A stretch of 64,000 nt of DNA. Source: Raillietiella orientalis. Taxonomy: Eukaryota. The DNA is taken from NCBI GenBank assembly GCA_036172245.1, contig JAYWIR010000001.1, positions 3,534,001-3,598,000 of the forward strand, written 5' to 3'. Positions within the stretch are counted from its first letter, which is position 1. Each line of letters starts with the position of its first letter. The notes under the pieces are model-generated. The model made no database searches, had not been told where the DNA came from, and worked only from the letters and a program-made list of their open reading frames with translations. Shown here piece after piece: positions 12,801 through 26,249 of this stretch. The position numbers and the translations under genes are program-made.

Positions 12801-13799
12801 AGTATATCCTAACCCTGTTTTGGGGGGATTTTCTTCCAGTCTCTGTACCACATCAAACAGGTGCGGCCATCATGGAGTGGGGTCTCCATAACAGTATCGC
12901 TAAGATTTTTTTTTTTTTTTTAAAAAAAAGCTTCGAAGAAAATGAAGGGAGGAGACTCCCCCCCCACCTCCCGTTTGTGGTCCGTCGCATGAAAGCAGTC
13001 TAGCCAAATATCGTATCAGCGCAACACAGCTGGTGCTGAAGGTTGAAGGAAAGAGCTCCTTCAGTTTGAAGAGTTGGCTTCACCCCTAAGCAGAATTCCA
13101 CTTTCGAGAAGGGACAGCGGACTTATTTTCAGCTTCATCTGCTATGAACAATGAACGTCCAGGAATACGCTCGAAAAAGGGGAAAACTGGAGACTCGTTC
13201 ATCCCACCTGAAGCCAATCCCGAAGAACACCAACTTGCCGAGGGGCCGTGTTCTTTAATAGGGCTTTTCATTCAAATCTGAAGGTGAATCTGGGGATGAA
13301 CTGATGTGTAGCAATAAGGGAAATCCAGCTGCAATGAGGGTGACTCGAAACGTGAAGTTTATCAGGAACTATTACTCCAGAGTACTTCATAATAACTCTA
13401 CACACAATAAATTTGTGACCCACACTTCGGTCAATAATTATGGCGATTTGATTCACGAGTCTCGAAAACCCAATAATTCATGCATGAATCCTTGAGTTTT
13501 CGAGGCTCGTGATTACACCCACGCCTCTATCTTACATTCCGAACTCCTATATGATCCAGAAGGTCTCGAAGGAAGACTGAAAATTCTCTAGAGTAGAAAT
13601 TGATCCTCACCGAAAAATATATCCACTGCAAATTTAGTAAAGAACCAAGTAGTTGTTTTCATGAATTTCCGCTTAGAGTTCATCTGAAAGAATATGTCTG
13701 AAACACACATACCCACTTGAAAAAGATCCTTTTTTTTTTTTTTTTTTTTTATCATATTCGGTGAACTGAATGGTATGAAGAGGGGGAAAACCAACAGGA

Positions 13800-14800
13800 A
13801 CTTTTTGAGAATGTACATGGAGCCCTACAACAAGCATGGCGATACTGTATGTTTAGAACCTGTCCGAAATGACAGAGAGGTACACTTTTGGAAGCTGAGC
13901 GCAAACAAACTACAGATTCTGAGAAAGAATACCAAACACACAGTAGTTTGGGCTTCCGGCTGTTCTCAGAATTCCTATGGAGGTGATCAAGGGAACCACC
14001 GATACACACGAAAAAATGCATTCCTTTGAAAAACCGGTAAAAAAATATAGATGGAATGTGATGCGTTGTGATTGGACTTGCACGCAAGTTATGTATGCAT
14101 GTATGTATATATATGCAAGGTACATGGTGAACGATATACATACGGACCTTGCCGTTGATTCCTTACATCGGTATGTAAAACTGGAGCAAACAAACACAGA
14201 ATTACATGACTTGAAAATGAAATTAGATGGAAATGAAAATCGAGGAGTACCGTACAATAAAATTTATAGTGCGTGTGCATTGGATAAATCGAACCGTAGA
14301 TGCTCTCTAAACGGTGACAGTTGGATGTTTCTATCGAAGTGCCTTTATACGTGGAGTACATACATCATGTCATGCAATGCATGCTGGACTGAAATCTGCA
14401 GAAGCGTAGGGAAGCCAACAGTTGATCAAGAAAACCCAAGGCGGAAATACTTCAAGGATACAATGAACCTTTATCGCACGTAAGCTTTTAAATATTCGAT
14501 AATCCTCAAAAAGATATCCATTTACATATACGATCACCACCTCAGCCACGTATAATCTAAAAGATCCAACAACACTTAATATGAGAGTGGGCTGCAAGTC
14601 CACATAGTTCCAAGTTTGTGTAAGAAAAACGAAATCGCAACATTGGAAAAGCAGTTGAATTGTGCTGTAATTTTCCCCCCACCATATAATAAATTTGCAC
14701 ACGTCTTAAAGAAGGCATTCTGTGTCCACAAGATCCCACGAACTGAGGAAACACCTACCCTTAAAACCTACTTTCCTTTCAACTATGAAAAATTGTGAAC
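13800..14800 (+). pseudogene. Possible LTR-retrotransposon integrase remnant
   Basis: Weak matches GKPTVD, TTSATYN and PYNKFAH to the integrase core; many disruptions. Confidence 0.25.
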
Positions 14801-15909
14801 AGAATGAGCGAATAGGAAGCTCCTACGAATTTTTCACAGCTGACCAGGGACCGTAGGAATTACATCTCACGTGATAAGATGAACACAATCCAGGGTGAAG
14901 ATTACCAATCAAGAATGCTAGGAGACAATCAGTATTCGGCGGATGCAGAGAACAAAGGATACATCTGCCACTTGCTTAGTTTAAAGCATCACCAGGAAAC
15001 ACAGGTGAATGGAGCTGCACACATTGAGCTGCAAGAGCGCCTATTTCCATCATCCACAATGTGTGTGGCTGAGAAGCACACAATGCATCATAGAGAGAAT
15101 AACAGACACCCAAGCAAAAAGGTACGCAATCGAGAAATAAAAATAGCAATCAAAGTGCAGCCTCGGCCCGCCCCTTCTGAGAGAAAGAGGAGAGAAGAAG
15201 AACCAGAACAAATCCAACGAATGATTCATCTTTTGCGATTTTTTTTAAATCGAAAAACTTCGAATTCAGGTCTCCACTCAAGATGTCCTGGCCTTTTGCT
15301 TGGCGATAGGGATCAAGCAAGTAAGCCAATCGGACAATAACTTGCACGAGATGTTTTTCAGCTTGTTGCTAAGAGAGGGAAGATGCAAGAACATCCGCAG
15401 AGCAGCATTTCGAAAAAGCGGTTGATTCCATGACGACGTCTGGCATCTCTTAGAGTATCCTAAGCTGATGTCGTGGCCTTCCTCAACGGAGCGTTAACAA
15501 CGGAGTGCGCCCGAAGGGTTGCCAGCAGCCGCATTTCCGTGAACCATTTCTTTTCTTTTTTTTGCATTGGTGGATACATCGTCGGAGAAAGCGCCGTTAT
15601 CATCGAGAACACAGTTGACACGTGCACTGCACACACACAAGGACCCGAGACAGAAAAAAAAAAAAAAACGGCTTTGTCTTTTCACGTTCGCCGCGTTCTC
15701 ACACGCTTTGACGGCCTCAACACGGCGCAGCAGCAGCAGCAAATGAGAAGCACCGCAATCGTCGGATGCCCGTGGGAGGAACAACTTGAAATTGACGGCT
15801 GCCAATTGTGTGCAATTATTCCAAAAAGGCAGCAACTGCACATTAGAACGTAATTCATTTCATCTGAGAAAACGAAATCTGTTTGCTCACCGTACATCAG
15901 AATAAAAGG

Positions 15910-15940
<31 letters not shown>

Positions 15941-17999
15941 GCAACTGATTCCCAGATTACGGATGGGAAAGCAGAAACGGCTGAACTTTTGGATATCATT
16001 GGGTTTGTCAAATCCGTTCTACCATCAAGCAAACTGGCAAAAGCAATTGTTTCTGAACCTGTCCTCTATTTACTTGAAGCCCTTTCAAAATAAAATCTTC
16101 AAGGCAAACTGTGTAGCTCAACCTCAAGTTTATGCACACATCCCCCTTTAGAGAGTTGAATCCATTTTATGGTTCACAAAGTCTGGAGTGCTCCCTTCTA
16201 AATTTTTTGCTTCAGTTAAAAAGTACAACAGATGCATAGTGACAAATATCCCTGTAATCCTATATCCTAGATTTGTGTTGTATTATTTATAAACACGAAT
16301 AAACATGTTCGCAAACACAACCACATAGATGTTAGCTATGGATAAAATTATTTAAAAATATATACAGCTCTACACATACATCCTGCATAGTTAAGTTTGC
16401 ACATATATAATTATGTCTTTTTACAGTGTCTTGCTGTCCCCAACTGAGGCTTGCCTCATTTGTTTGAAAGCATTCATGTACATATGAACCCAAAACAGAC
16501 ATTAAATTTCAAGTTTTGCGATTAGAACTGAAGCATTTTTGTCTTTTCTCGGTTTTGCAAACCACTGCACGCTGATCTAAAGAAACAGTATATTGCAGAG
16601 TTCCATATTAACCTGAGCATGCAGAAATTACATATGGTACAATAATAATCTTGAAAGATATCTGATACCATAAAGCCATTCACATGTATTGACATGCATG
16701 ATATAAGCTTTTCAACCAGCTATGGACTCCCAGTTCTAAATGGTACATCAACAGTCATTTTGTTCAAAAATATATGCCACTAGCATCCATGGGAAAAGAA
16801 ATGCCTCATGTTACATATTTGGTCAACTTTCTGTTGACTTGGCACAGGCTATATTTCATAATGAATTATAAGGGAAAAGGTACAACAAAGTGCTCACTTG
16901 TGTGCAGGGAACTGAATGAAAATCATAGATTTCAATGAAGATGAGAACATTCTGATGATGACAACATGAAAAAAGATGGAATTTCTCTAAAAGATGCAAT
17001 TAAAAATGTACACAAATAACTCATCGACATTTTTACGTCACAAAAATTCATTAAGCAGAAAAAGGCTTGTAAACAGTGATAATACAGCCTACCCAAAGAG
17101 CTATATCAAAAAATACCCATGTTGTTTTGGAGGCATAATTTACTTCCTGTACCATAATCAATATGACCACATTTGAAACAAAGTTTATGCAAATACAGGG
17201 ATATTGTGTGATCTGCATGCTACAGTTAAATGATATCTAATTCTTTGTGAATTCAAATCTAACAATCAAAACATTCTAGAGTCCATTCTTCAGGGTTCAT
17301 CACATCTAGGATCAAGTTTCTGCCTATTTTTGGGAAAATCCATGTCTCTCGAGCCCCATAATGTTTTGTCTAGACATACAGGCTATTTCATGCACTACAT
17401 AAAATGACTTCCTACTTTCAAAATATGGAAAAGTCACAATACTTCTTGCACATTCTTGTACAACAACACTTCCTGCATATCTCAATCATGATATGGATAC
17501 AGAAGAAAAATACTTTTTTATTATCGATGAACTCGAATTTTATTCCTGTAATCTCATTACTGCAAGTGAACATCCATTAATTACACTGAACATGAAATTT
17601 ACTTCAACCCTTGTTCTGCTTTTACCATCATTTTTTTTTTAACCGGCTTTTGTCATCCTGAATAGGAGGCTTCTCGTTTGAGTACATTTTACTCTTGCCT
17701 CTAAAGTATGTTCTGTCTTAAGTGTCTAAAATGCATCAGCAATGAATGTTCACAGATTCATATACAAAATCACTTTCCTTTAATCACTTAAACTTCGTTA
17801 CATATACTACGTATACCGTTAAAACATATCCCCTAATTCACATGCGTTCACCAGTCTTACAAGGCTAACACCTCTTTTTGACAAATTTTCGAAGGCGTTC
17901 ACAAAACGATTAAAAAATTATGGAAAACTGACAGCGACGAACCATTCTGCCACAGATTCCACCGCATTGGCCCCCAAAATTCAGGTTGGTATTTTGTTT

Positions 18000-19900
18000 A
18001 CAAGCAACACGAGGACTGCGCTCCCTTGGCCCAGGTATGTGGAATGGAGAGGGAGACTTTATTTCAGTTCTCACATTTTCACACCGTCATTATTACTTAG
18101 ATTATTCATTTGCTTCCACACTGGGGTACAGGGTGCAGCTTGGGTTTCCTGACTTTTTCTATCCTCGACATCACTGCTGCCAAGTGTGGATTCTTGACGT
18201 TGCATGCACCTGTAGCCGCTGCTTCAAGTACCGGTTAAGCTCCTGCTGGAGAGCCATCCAAAACCATCTGATGGCAAGTCTTTTCATTAGTAAGAGTTTC
18301 TGCTATCTTCCTGCGTCAAAATTCCACTTCGGGTTGCTTGTTTCCTTATCGATGTCCCCATGATAAAAGACTCGACGTACATTCGGACCGTGCATGAACA
18401 CAGGAAACTTCATGTTCTTGGCAGAGATTTCTTAGGGTTTCTGCTGTGGATTTCTCACGTAAGTCTAGCACCTATCTCCAAGAAATCTCAGTCTCCATTA
18501 GAGGTGGACAAGTAAAAGTATAGAGTTCGTACTCATCCACATGTTATACACGCGCCAATGGTGCTAAACAACGGATTGCCAATTGCTTTCCTGAAAGCTT
18601 CTTTGGTGAGACTGAGCTTCTGATGGATTCCTGGTTCTTCTGTAAAGTCAGCGACTTCTAATTTCTCTATCTATTCATATTTCTCTTGACAAAGCTGGAA
18701 GCATATTATAAGGATCTTCACTTTGAAGGATTGGACCACTCGTTTCTTTCCCTGGGTAGAATCGATGTCTTTCCATTTTCTTTAGCGGCATGCTAAGGGC
18801 CGACTAAGACTTTCCGAGTGATTCACTCGTATGTAATGCTCTATGTAAGCTGCGTTATGGACATTCTTCGAATTACTTCTCTGTTACCAGCAGCTTCTTA
18901 ATGCTCCTAGCATTTATTTCAAGGCGGAGGTCTTGTATCTCCGTGCCTCCTTTCCTGGGTAGACTGAGATATTGGCTGCTTCACATAGTGTGTGGTCTTT
19001 GTGGCGATTCCAATTCACAGACACCAACCTACTTAGTCTACAGCTTGTACTTGAAGAAAAGCACTGCGCTCTAAGGTGTCTGGTATGTAGATCTAGATTC
19101 ACAAATTTGCATTTCTGAGTTTTGATCGTACCTAGTCCTTCTGCATTCTTAACAGTTGCAGTCATGGTTCTTTGATCTCTATCTTTGCTCTGTTAGAACA
19201 AAAGATCGTCAATTTAGATCAAGTGTCGAAACCGTTACAGAACTATCTCCAGCCCTCGAGTTTTATGAGTGTCGACGCTGCCTCCATGTATCTAACGAGA
19301 ACAGCATCGAATTCATATGATTCCCGTGCTTAATTCTTTTTCTCACGCCGAATTTGTTGGTGCTTATGCCCTTGATGTTGCCGATGGAGAGGATGGTGTC
19401 CAACACTAAGTTCAGAACCCTAGTGTCTCCAGAATTCTACCAGCATCTTGTCGTCAACATCTTCGGAGGTTGGTACATACCATCATCTTTTCCTGAACCG
19501 ACAGAAACTCACGATAACTTGAGTGCAGGTATCTGATGTTTCACATGCACCATTCTGAAAAGGGACAGTACATCTAAGATCCCTACCTCTCTATAGTAAT
19601 TACCAACCTTTCATGGCTTGTTTTTGGTAATTGGTCCACAGCTTTGTCTTTGTTTAGTGCTACAGTTCTGTGATTGGTCTCCATTGGGTCTAGTGAGTCG
19701 TCACGCTTCAGGAGTAATGACACCTGGTCTCCATAGATTGAATAGATTTTTGCTTTTCATTCTATAGAAAGAATAGATAGTTTTCCTTTCTCACGAATCC
19801 TAGCATCAGCCGGCCCATGAGTCCAAACATAGGCTCAAAAGGAGCTCTCCTAATACGTGATGTACATTTGATCAAAACTAGCCGCTGCATCTTCCTGTAA
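18000..19900 (-). mobile_element. Decayed Ty3/Gypsy pol (RT-RNaseH-integrase)
   Basis: Minus-strand order PNGD...ALNK...DQLP (RT start), DVDD (~19455), NAEGLGTIKTQ (DAS.GLGAVL.Q-like), KDHTL (TDH) and CITC (integrase zinc finger) fits Gypsy domain order. Confidence 0.6.
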
Positions 19901-22900
19901 CTCTATGAAGGCCGTCTTGATATCTTCCCTCACAATCTCGTTCAAAATTGTTCCATTGGGTTGTTTATTCAGAACCAATCGCTATACCTTTCCTTCCTAC
20001 CTGAGTGTTACCAAAGTGAGCAAATTTACATGATAGGATTCAAAGGCTTCTGAAATATCTTCCTTGATCGCACACCTTTGGTCTTCGTACTGGATTTAAA
20101 AAATTCTTGTGTTCATTTCGAGCCGTCAGACATCCTCTTGACACGCACTTTGGAGAATTTCCTTCGGAAGCAGTCTAGAGGACACTGTGTATTGTCTTCT
20201 GTGTTCATCTCCTGATGTTTTTATGTGCTAACAATCGCATTTTCTCATTGCGTCCCTGAGGATAGAGAGATCATGTGTTTTCTCCATATATCAGTCACGG
20301 GATCTGCTGGGAGGAATCCAAATTTAGGATTGTTTTGGTGGAGTCCCAATGGACTTAACAATCTTTGTATCATAGTTGCAAAGTGATGAGGGATTCCCTT
20401 TTCGAGTTGGGATTTTGAGAATTCTCCGTCATCACTTCGAGCCGCGCCAGCGAACGATCCGTGAGACTTGCGTGGTTCTTTTGATTCCCACAGATCCTCA
20501 AGATTTCCCATGTGTGCAGAATGTGAATCCGTCCACCGAGGTTGATTCTTTGACGCTCAGTAGCTCAGGTCGGACGTTGCTCAATAAATTGTAAACTTGC
20601 TTTTCCGATGTGTGCGTGCGTATAGATTATGGCCTCAGTAGTCATGATGCTCCTTAGGAGTGCGTTCATCGTTGAATATCTTCGCCAGAATTTGCTCGCT
20701 TCTTGGTGTGTGTGGTCTGCAGACCTTCACGAAGAAAAGGTTAAAAGGTGAATGCTTCCTAAACTGCACATTTGTAGACCGATGATCTGGACACTCCACA
20801 GGGTGAGCATTTCAAGGTTGGTGGTCGCAGGCTCTTTTTAGACAAGGCACCTCACACTTTCGGAGGTCGTGCTCTCTGGCATTCCTGAATTGCCAAAGCT
20901 CCTCCATGGTCTCCTGGATGTATTATGAGCCTTCTCCAAGCATACAATGCTGTCCTGACTGTTGTGCCCGATGTGTTACAGGATCCTTGCAAGCTTTCCT
21001 AGGTCCTTTCCCAAGTTTAATGATGCTATCTGCAATTCGTAGATGAGTGGAGATTTGGAGACCTACGCTCAACTCATCTAGCCAGAGTTTGTGATTTCCA
21101 GCAGCGGTTGTTCCTTCATTTCTACTCTTCGATTGCTCCAACCTCATCCCTGGTAGATCTCTGCGTGGTTCTCTGTCCTTTTTCCACCAGCCCATGGCCA
21201 TCTTATTTTCCGTTTATGTGGGGTGTCCTCCTTAATGGTTTTATGCACCAACTCGCTCCCATTCTTGTTGGGCATACACGGTTGTTGTTTTCTCAGGTTG
21301 TCCACTGATGTGCTCGTTGTGCTTGGTTCGCGGGGCCGCTTTTGTCTGCCTTTTCCATTAGAAATGTCTGCACTCTTTAAAGTGCATCAGAGTCTCCAGT
21401 CTATTGCTCTCTCGGTCATCGACCGAATTTCGCTGCTTTTTGCGTTCAGAGAATTGGGGCAACATCCCCACTCCTTGACGTTTGAATCAGACCACCGGTC
21501 ACCACCTCTCTTCGTGCCTCTGGAGGTTTGATTTGTAGGACGAACACCTCTTCCTCGGAGGGCTTGTTTGCTGCACCCCCTTCATTGGTCCACTCATGCT
21601 GTTTTCTCTGTTTGAAGTTTTCGCGGCTGCTTGTTTCCTCATGGCTTGGCTCGATGCGCCCGTGCTCATGGATGGATCATTGCTTGTTACATTTTCATTC
21701 AGGTTCTCCTTCCTTCCTTGTCGGCTGCTCATTGCTCGGCTCCTGCCTTGTGTTTGGAATGCTCCCTCTTCGTACGTCCCGGAACCTTGCAGAATGCACC
21801 ACTGTATTGAATCAAAGGCAAATGCAAGTCACCCTTGCTTTGCGCGTTGCGAGCACTTCTATGTGGACATGCCGCTCTACGATCTCCAACGCTTTTAAAT
21901 GTTTCCTGCCAGCCAGGTTGCCTCTTGTGAAAGTCATTTAGGCTTCCCCCGGAGTAGCCATCGACCTTCAACGCTCTGGAAATTCAGAACATCTTCTCCT
22001 GCCAACATGCGTCTTTTTTTCTGAAACATCTCGTTCATTCCCTGCTTGGAGAACGCTTGACATTTGGTTCCTTTCAGCCCGTGGAAGGATGGATTCGAAA
22101 GATCGTGAACGGTATTAGGGTTGGTTGTTCTCATCCACGACGTGCGCTTCTACCACTCCTTCTCTGTCAACAGGAGGCTTAACAGGCAGTTCCATCATCC
22201 CTGCGTTCTCCGCGTAAACCGAGAACCCACGAAGAATGGGGCAACCGCGTCCCAAAATGGAGCAGACTTCTCTCCCTCCCCCCTCCTAGAAAAAACGTGT
22301 ATTTTCTTGGCGTACAAAGCACAGTACATCTCTCCAACATTGCTAGGCAAACACCTTTTTACCGAAGGTGACCATTCTGGCTCATTGCTCACGTTTGCTT
22401 GCCGCATCAACATGTGCAGCTTGGCAGTACCGCTCGCCTGCCCCGTCGCCACGTGTGCAGCAAGATGGCGGCGCGACCGTGGTCGTTTCCACAGAGCTGC
22501 CACTCCCGCGATCCTTTTCCCTTTCCGTTTTTGTGCTGTGGACGCGGGTTCCAAACTTTCAGGCGTGCCGGACGTGGCACGGGCCACTCGCCGGATTCAC
22601 TCGCGGCCTGCAAAAATCGCCCTGTCCGGGTATGCAAAAATCGTCATAACGGCGGCGGCGTTTGGCTTAGTTGAAATTAAAACCAAGAAGGAAGGAAGGA
22701 AGAAATCGGCTTACTTATGTACACAGTGACTGAATATCTAACCACGAATGCAAGCGTTTGGGATCTTGCAAATCATCATAAAATAAACAAGTCTCTTTGC
22801 CTTAATAAAGGCAGTTTTCAAATAGGGAAACAGTGTTTCAAAATTACCACCACATCTGAAGATTCCACAGTCTCCTGCTTGTTTTTTTATTGACCCGAGG

Positions 22901-23149
22901 AAGCTCATCTTCCCTCCTCTATCACACAAGAAGTAACATTAACCCTCAAAAGAAGCATGCACACTTCTTTCAGTTTACACCAACCATTATTTATTTTTAT
23001 TGCCTCCCCCCCCCCCCTTTAAAGTTAGCTACTCCACGCAAGTTGCGAGTGAACGCATGCGCAACGCACTAACAAGGGTTAATCATAATGAGTAGCTATT
23101 AAATCCACTAGTATGATTTCGAAAAGCAATACACTTAACGGAAAACTAC

Positions 23150-24300
23150 CGCGTATTTGCCCTTGATGAATTGTCTTCGGTACTTGGCAGGGTAATCGTC
23201 GGGACTGGGCTGTCTTCTTCAGAGCAGTCGGAATCCTCAAAGTTGCCAGCATGCATTCCTCCCAAGAAAAGTGAGCAATTGCTTAACAATTTTCCACTAG
23301 GGAGGAGGGTGTAACCCACACTTTAGGAGAAATTTACGATTTTCTAATCCAGAAAGTAAGAAGAATGGTTGGCAAAGACGAAACGCCGTCAGTAGGAATA
23401 ATCGACGGTCAACCCGCAAGAATACGCAAGAGAGCATCCATAGGATGCTGTCAAGATAGGATGCTGGCAAGAAAATAACGGATGTGACTCAGCCATCAAG
23501 TTCGTGATGGGTTGGCATTTCAACAGCCACGTGGAATATAGGCTGCAACGGTTTTAACCTTGTTTGATGACTACCGAGATGCCTGCGATGCAAAGACACG
23601 GAAAAACTCGGCTCAGATGAGCAATTATTTAGTATCGCGAATAGTATTCTTTGTCTATTGAAGCTGTAATCGTAACTAATTGCATAGGATTGACTCGTTG
23701 CTCCTTCGAAATGTGCTCTACGCTGCTCCATGACTGCAAACCTCAGAAGCAGTGTCAAGCAGAAAAGTGACAAAGATAACTTGGAAGCTTGGCCATACCG
23801 ATTTCAGTAAATTTATTGCTCAAATAGCATTCGATTAGCAGTTTTTTTTTTTTTTTTCCTATTTATCTCAGATTTATTCCTAAAGCTACATTCTCATATT
23901 TGCTTTAACCTTGAAAAAACTTGTGTGTGAGATCTGTTCCCATAATTCCCTTTCTTTTCCCATCCTTTCATGCCTTCCTCATCGTATAACCTTATGAACC
24001 TAATAGCTGTGTTTCCTGTCCAACATTTAATCTATTTTGGGGGGTCCCGCAGAATCGTTTCTGTTAGAATTTCTGCCTTTATATCATATTCGGTACATAA
24101 TTTAGAAATCACATGCAGGCCCTTTATAGTATTCTGAAAGTTAACTTCGAGCACATACCAATGTCACTGCCTCCCTCCAAGCGAGTCGCAAGTTCGGTAG
24201 TGAGAGGAGCAATTTCTGTAAAATAAGCCATGGAGACGAAGACGGCAAGCTAAGCGGGAAAGGTTTGAAAGCTCCAGATTTCATGGAAGCTTCTGTGACC
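23150..24300 (-). mobile_element. Decayed LINE ORF2 (AP-endonuclease to start of RT)
   Basis: GGGxxI.V-like motif at ~24170 and PSPDDYPAKY at ~23190 (PGPDGxPxEFY-like). Confidence 0.4.
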
Positions 24301-24920
24301 CTTAAAAATGAAAAAAGGAAGAAGAAAAAAAGTGCAAAACTAGAGCTGAGCTTATTAACGAAGGCTGGGAAATCATTTCACTTCGTAATAGCTTCGAAGA
24401 AGCTGCTGGCCATGCTTTCGTGAAAGACATTCGCAGATGGATTGTCTGCACTCTTCATTTGAAGCAATTGGTGAAGAGGTGTTTTCCCTTGATTTCCAGC
24501 ATTTCCTTCGAATTGTGCTCTAGGTTGCTCAAAGTTCCTTTTCTTCTGGGCTATATCTAATCCTAAGAATTAATTAGCTCTTGCTCTTTCTGTAGTCTTG
24601 TAATTATTGGGTGCAAAACGTTGCTTTCCTCCTTATCGTGATTAGTGATGTCATAACCGTTTTGTAAGAGCTGACTGCATTCATTTTTTCATCGTAAATA
24701 ATTTCTGCAGCTCTTAACTACTACCATGCTTCTTGTCTCTCGCTCTAGCTCAGACTTTACTGATTTCTTTACCTAATGACCTTTTCAAGAATGCACGAAA
24801 ATCTGCCTTTTGCTTTTCTTCCAGACTTTGCAGTTGTTCTTTAGACAATCGGAGATCATCAGAGTTGGCACGCTTTCTTTAATAGTTCTTTTCTCTCGTC
24901 TTTCAAAACATCACTGCATA

Positions 24921-25718
24921 CCCGCGTCGGAGGTAATGTGGTTACGGTGGTCTCCGCGGGTGGCACCATGCGTCGTAGGTTCCAATACTCCAAAGGAATC
25001 GACCCAGTGCGTCGTGGGTTCCGAGTTCACCCCACAAGTTGACGCTGGCTGGCCTGTATTCATCCGGGTGCGGCACTGGTAGCGGTTGAAACCGGGTGCT
25101 TCCGATGAGGACCGAGACGAATGGGAGTCGACCTCCGGGTCCTTTCAGGAATCACGGAGTTGGAGCTCCCCTCCGGTTGTGAAGGAGCGGGACCCTCCAT
25201 TCCGGGGGGTCGCGCTCCCGTGGAGGGTTCCCCCAGAATGGGAGAATCCTCCGTGTCGTACTGATGGAGTACGTGTGTGGCCACCACCTCTCCAGAGAGT
25301 GCAGAGAAGTGAGCCGATCCCTTCGGGGAAGCTGCGTTTTTCTGAATTTCGGAAGCGTCCCTTGTGGGTTCTCTTCAGAGGAGTAAAAACAGGAGCGGAT
25401 CCCTTGCGAGGGATCCCTCCGGAGAAGAAATTCCAGGAGCGGATCATTTCCGGGTTCCTTTCAGAGAAGGAAGAATAGAGCGTACCCCCTCGGGGGTCCC
25501 TCCGGAGAGAATAAGGTAGGATATTCCCTTCCGGATTCCCCTTCGGAGACAACCAGGGTGGAGGTGATCTCCATTTCCGGGTATCTCTCCCCAGGAGTGA
25601 GAGGAACGGACTTCGAGCCCTTCCTGGATTCATAGGGCAGACCCCTCCCGAGGTAACCTCTATCTTGAAGAACTAACCACCCCAGGATGGCGTGGAACCG
25701 TAACGAAGAGCTGCGGAC
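24921..25718 (+). repeat. Unclassified GC-rich interspersed repeat, tRNA-headed/SINE-like, copy A
   Basis: Aligns by eye with 32958-33664 (-) and 42153-42685 (+). Shared blocks include aatttcggaagcg, ctcttcagaggag, ttcctggattcat and tatcttgaa; B-box-like motifs lie near the 5' end. Confidence 0.85.
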
Positions 25719-26249
25719 AGAAAAAAAGGGATTTCTATCATCCAGATTTTGTCAGCAAGCTACTTGACCCCACACTTGCTTTTGGCTATTCGAAAAGAAA
25801 AAGAGGCATATCTGATGCTTGAAACCGGAGTGAGTAATGAGGTTGGTTACCCTCAATTTTGCTACTGGACTTTTCCGTATGCAAATTCATCAGCGTACTA
25901 CCCTCATCCCCATATAATTCTCTCTACATGTTCAATCCATTTCCTGTTAGCTAAGAACTGCATCTTGAGCCAATCTATTACATTTCACAGTCCTTGTCCG
26001 TTACTGTCAACATTTTTTTTTTTTTTTAGAGTTGAGAAAAGGATAAAGGATTTAAAAATGATTTCCCTGCTCTTTTGCATTCCGCTCTCTCCTCCAGTAC
26101 ATATTTTAGTCAGTGTACGCGTAGCTGCCCAACGGTTGTCAGGGGAATCCATGAAAATGGAATTGTTCGATTTTTTCTCATCTGAAAATCTCAGTATGTG
26201 GAGACTGAAGGTGCGCGAACGATGAGACACAGGGGAGACTGTAGTTGAA

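Noticed and set aside
10100..12900. Scattered RT-like words (DLANA on plus, MGLKL on minus)
   Set aside because: Conflicting strands and no consistent motif order; probably TE-derived but unassignable.
25060..25130. Hammerhead or HDV-like ribozyme in the three-copy repeat (GAAAC...CGATGAG; CGAATGGGA)
   Set aside because: There is no CTGANGA core, too little room for stems I and III, no HDV L3/P1.1, and the motifs are not conserved in the other two copies.
24921..25718. Solo-LTR interpretation of the three-copy repeat
   Set aside because: Not excluded, but I found no consistent TG...CA ends or TSD, and homology continues past the candidate CA end (aagagctg in copies A and B).
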